From Geosiphon pyriformis uo1 (lineage: Eukaryota > Fungi > Glomeromycota), in the NCBI GenBank assembly GCA_016748015.1, contig JAAOMT010000786.1:131903-195902 (forward strand): a stretch of 64,000 bases of DNA. Reading direction: 5' to 3'. Numbering within the stretch: the first letter of the stretch is position 1; every line of letters starts with the position of its first letter. Below the pieces are notes generated by a model, which did no database searches, was not told the origin of the DNA, and worked only from the letters and a program-made list of their open reading frames with translations. A program made the translations under genes and the position numbers. Shown here one piece after another: positions 59,501 through 64,000 of this stretch.

Positions 59501-62500
59501 CCAGAACCTGAATAGAAGTACTTTTTAACACCAAAAAATTGTCACTGCAAAGAATACCAAACTTGTTACAAGCAAAAAAAATTCTATTAGAAAGAATTTT
59601 TCTGACTGTCTCAATCAAAGCAATAGGGTGAGTATTCATAAGAATTTTATTCCAATCATAAAATTTAGAGATCATTAAAACCTATGTTCTCTTCCACAAG
59701 ACAGGCACTGCACTAACAAAGAGACATTCATTCAACAGCACCAAAAGACACTTCATTACACTCTTGCTATCATGCTTCCAAAGTTTGTTCGGAATGCCAG
59801 ACAAGCCAGTGGCTTTGTCATCAGACAGACCACCAACAATTACAAGCAACTCACTCATGTTAATTGCATCCATCACACCAGAAAAAACATTATCTCTAAC
59901 ATAGTCTAATGGTGCATACTGGCAAGCTTAAAGATCAGACAACACAGAAGACACCACATGTTTCCTTGTCCAATCTTCCATGATCCTGTCAACATTTAAT
60001 TTTATTTCATCTGGATCCAACACCAGTTCATTATCAACCACCAAGTGATCCAACACCACCTTCCAAAAGGGTCTATTCAAAACACTTTTGATTATACTGC
60101 TCTTGTTTGAACAAAACTTCTCCATGCGTTTTTCAATAGCTACTCTAATAAAAGCCTCCTGCACTAATTTCAATTCATACATTTTGGACTTTCTGTACCC
60201 TTTCTTGACAATTGACAAATATTTAAGAACATCCATTATTTTTTAATCAGCATGAACCATGTCTCTCAACACAAGAGTCTTATCAGCATCCAAAGTTGAC
60301 CATTTTTCAACAAGGCAATCAAATCTGAAAGTATCACCAGATTTCAACCTCTTGACAATCTTGGCAGCCAACAACTCTAATCCTAGAAATTTAAAAGACT
60401 GCTTATTTTTTGAACACTGAAAATTACTAAACCAAAGCCTAGAAAAAATCTCATCTGTAGAATCCATCAATGCCCCTTCCAGTAGTGACCACATAGCATC
60501 TAAATCATGACCCACAGTTGTGGCAAGAAACCTAACTTTTATCATCAGAATCCTGATAGAGGAGCAATCTCTAAAGTAAGACCACTTAGTACTGTCCACA
60601 TTCTTAATTTTGAACTTCCAATGATCTTTGTTAGCTTGTTTGGACAAACCATTCAACTAAACATCCAGGAGCCCATCCAGACTGACCAATACCACCACAG
60701 CATTGTGGTCTGAATTAAAGAAATTAGAAACAAAACTGACCCAACATTTTATAACAATGAAAAATAGACTTTCACTAACAAAAATGTAATCAATGATCCT
60801 CTCAGCACTTCTTGAATTGCACCACATAGGAGCCTTAACCAAATGATGGCCATTAAACAAATTAACCAGACCCAGACTCAAGCAGAACTTGAAACTTGCA
60901 CTTCTTTCAGACCTGTACTCATTAAAATTCTCATCCAAGACCATGAAAGTACTAGTGTTAACAGCCTTAGCAATGATAGAGTTAACCTCAGATGCTTGTC
61001 CAAAACAAATGCCAGTAGAAGCACCAGCATACAAACTGAGAACAGACACTGAAAGCTTGCCCTTGAACAGAAGCCATACCAAAATAACTCAACCAGGAAC
61101 CACTTCAACCTTAGAAACATAACAAGCCAAAGAATTGTTCATAACAACAGCAACACCAGTACCAAAATACCCAACATCCAAACCAGAAGTAAAAATCCAA
61201 ACTCCATCATATTTATCTTTGATTCAAAGCCCAGAAAAAGACCTCAACTTTGTCTCAGTAATGAAAGAAACCATATTCCCAGAACTTATATGCCAATGAA
61301 CAACATCCACTTGCTTTGCAGGAACACTGATACCCCAAACATTGCATGTAGCAAATTTCCAAACCAAACCACTTATTGGGATGATGAAAATAATAGAGAG
61401 CCAGAACCAGAACACAAATGATCTAATCTGATTAATATTGAACTAATTGAAGCTTTCAAAGAAGTCATCTTTGACTCTAATCCACCCACCTTGGTGGTTA
61501 GAATCTTGGAGCTACTCGAACTGAAACCAGAAATATCATCAACAACAGCAGAAAGAAAGGAAGCAGAAGGCTTTGGCATACCATCCAAAATCATATCTGA
61601 GTTAACTTTTGGAGCCAAAGGTGTAGAAACAGCCAAAGAAAGCTCATAAGAAACAGATGGCAAAGGCACTAGTTTCATAAAGCTCAACTTTCTCACAATA
61701 TCAAAAACCTGATTGGTTAAAAGCTCCAAAGACCATTCCAAAAACACCAAGTGATTAAACAAACTAGAGACACCATGAGGATCAGCACTGTTAGAAGAAG
61801 ACCAAGCACCAATAAAAGATTTAGCATTAAGAGACAGACCAGTACCTAAAGGAGACAAAGAACCCAAAAGAGAAGAGGAATCACCCACAACTTGAGCCCA
61901 AGTTTTGTTACTGAAAGAAACCAGGTAAATGATAGGTGCCTGCTTTTTTTTATAAATGTTGGCCAGGCAAATCCGATCTTGATCAGTTACCACTCACTTT
62001 CCACAAACTCCAGAATTCCCACCAATTAAACACATATCAGAAACATGACCAAATTGTTTACATTTGGCACAACATGCCAACAAAAGACTAGCCCAGTGCA
62101 AACTCACATCCTTGAAAACTGGAACAGAACCAATAGCAGCCAACTTGGATGCTTCATTCTCAAAACAAATAACAACACACCTATCTCATATGTAAGACAC
62201 AGGATTATGGCCAATAAAACAGGTTTTCCCACCATAAGCCTCCACCAAAACAGAAAAATTATGGGCTGTGGTGCCAACTGAAAAAGTATAAAGCAAAGTC
62301 TAATGCTGATTTCTAAACACCTATGTTTGTTTGTCCTCATTTGTCAAAGCCACACACACAAAATTTTTTTCCATAAACACCAACCATTTAAAAGCAACCA
62401 GACTGGCCACCTCAGATAACTTAAACTCTATAATAGCCTTCTGCCAAAGTCCAATCAACTGCATTTTAATCGAAATAATCTTGCCAAATTTGGAGAAAAC

Positions 62501-63420
62501 CGACTCCACTGCTAATCTGAAAAAATCCACTGAGATCTCCTTGACAATCACCTCCTGATTTGACTGGCTGTTTACTTTTCTAAAATTATTATTAACAAGA
62601 ATATTATTACTAATTGTCAGCACTTTAGCCTTATTTAAACTAGATTCTGATATAAAAGATAATCTGATTATTCCAAAGAATTTTGAGAAAGTGGAGGCAC
62701 CTCCAAAACCATTCACTTAATAAAAAATTTTTTTTATTGAAATTAATTTATTACCAACTAACTTGTCAGGCACCACAGAAAACTCAATATCAAGTGTAAA
62801 AAATTTTGTCAAATTAAAACACTGCATTTCCAGGGCACATGATTTAAGCAGTGGCACCTAATTGGACCTGATATCTATACAAGGAGGAAGCTTTAGTGCA
62901 ATATCATTATCACTCATACTTTCGAAAAAAGATTGCTTCAGTGAGTTACACAGCACATATGTCTGAGTGCAAGTCTTTCTCGGCATAGTATCATCCATGT
63001 TATTGTTCTTACCTAATTCTGCATAACTGGTCTCCTCGGTCACTATGTTTGTCATGTTTTCTACATCCAAGAGATTGCTTATACTGCCAGCAATACTGCC
63101 AATCTCACTTTCCTAGGACACCTCAGGCTTGACGCCAACACTACTAATATTTTCCATGCTTAATGAACTAGCAGATAAGTCAATTACATTACTGGCTACA
63201 GGCTTTTTTGGCTTCTTGTAGAATGCACTACATGAGTAGACTATATCCATACACTTACTTTTTACATTTTGGCGGGTCTCCAAACCAGCTAAAATCAAAC
63301 CCAAACCACTAGCAGAAGAGCTCATTAGTTCTATCGCAACAAACAGAGATATAGTAAAAGAAATAGCTAATAGAGACTAGAGGAAAAGAAGAAAGAAAAG
63401 TGACTCCTTCAAAGTTATTA
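56556..63420 (-). mobile_element. Full-length decayed LINE (ORF1 about 61373-63325; ORF2 56697-61376: APE, RT, RNase H, CCHC)
   Basis: Poly(A) tail 56556-56570; CAKCKQFGHVSDMC knuckle; ATCNV..TETKL, IDYIF, SDH; AFVDDT; AELQAVALAL, DSQAA; 5' boundary approximate. Confidence 0.94.
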
Positions 63421-64000
63421 ATGCTCTCATTGTGGTTAGGTGATTGACAAGAGAAAAAATATTTTACTTTAATTTTAAATATTTTAAAAGTATTTTTTAA
63501 AATATTAATAGTAAAAAATTGTCTTTAATAATTTTTAAACTATTTTTTTATTTTTAATTGGTAATTTTTTTTAATTAAAGATTTTTAAGAGAATATTAAA
63601 ATTAAAATTAATTTTATTTTTATTTTTTTGAAAATTTCAAAGTATTTAATAATAAACTAGTTAATAAACTGGTTTTTTTTGCTTTTATTACTATTATTAT
63701 TACTATTATTACTTTATAAATAACCAAAAAAAACCAAAAATTCTAAAAAACAGCAATAATTATTTGTATTTACTATTATTATACTGAACTTTTTTGTGAT
63801 TTCAAATAAAATTTTGAATAAAATTTTTATAATAATAATTAGTTTTTTTAGTATAGATAATAATAATATTAATATATTTTTTAAGATAAATCAAAATTAA
63901 TTATTAATTATATTGTCAATATAATGTTTTTTAACAAATTATTACCAGTTCTAAAAGCAAAAAAACATGTTTTTGAACATATTTTTACTTAATTAACTTA

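Overview
Eukaryotic, intron-rich fungal DNA. Short GT-AG introns, one minor-spliceosome intron and the TE content suggest an early-diverging fungus, probably Glomeromycotina (inference, not a database result). The window is compartmentalised. 1-34 kb is a nested TE graveyard. It holds two head-to-head copies of Ty3/Gypsy family A inserted into one LINE relic, and a full-length RNase H-bearing LINE interrupted by a solo LTR of Gypsy family B. It also holds a pogo-like transposon containing a truncated Gypsy family C, which in turn contains a complete family B element. 36.9-55.4 kb is a compact island of seven core genes (Atf1-type bZIP, ADE8, CSN1, TMEM170-like, RPP21/RPR2, NUP85, POL1) bounded by extremely AT-rich tracts. 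56.6-63.4 kb is a second full-length LINE. Most notable: the non-chromoviral Gypsy elements make 4-bp TSDs and carry retrovirus-like extras. These are a dUTPase with all five motifs plus a Cys-rich insert between protease and RT, a shared helical domain N-terminal to capsid, a U_UUA_AAC -1 frameshift site, and an intact unknown third ORF in the env position. The TEs decay almost only by C>T/G>A substitution (RIP-like), while a 70-bp LINE tail keeps its CpGs. There is also an unexplained hairpin-rich GC island at 36.0-36.2 kb and a U12-type intron in NUP85. Two N gaps are present, one flanked by an artefactual duplication.
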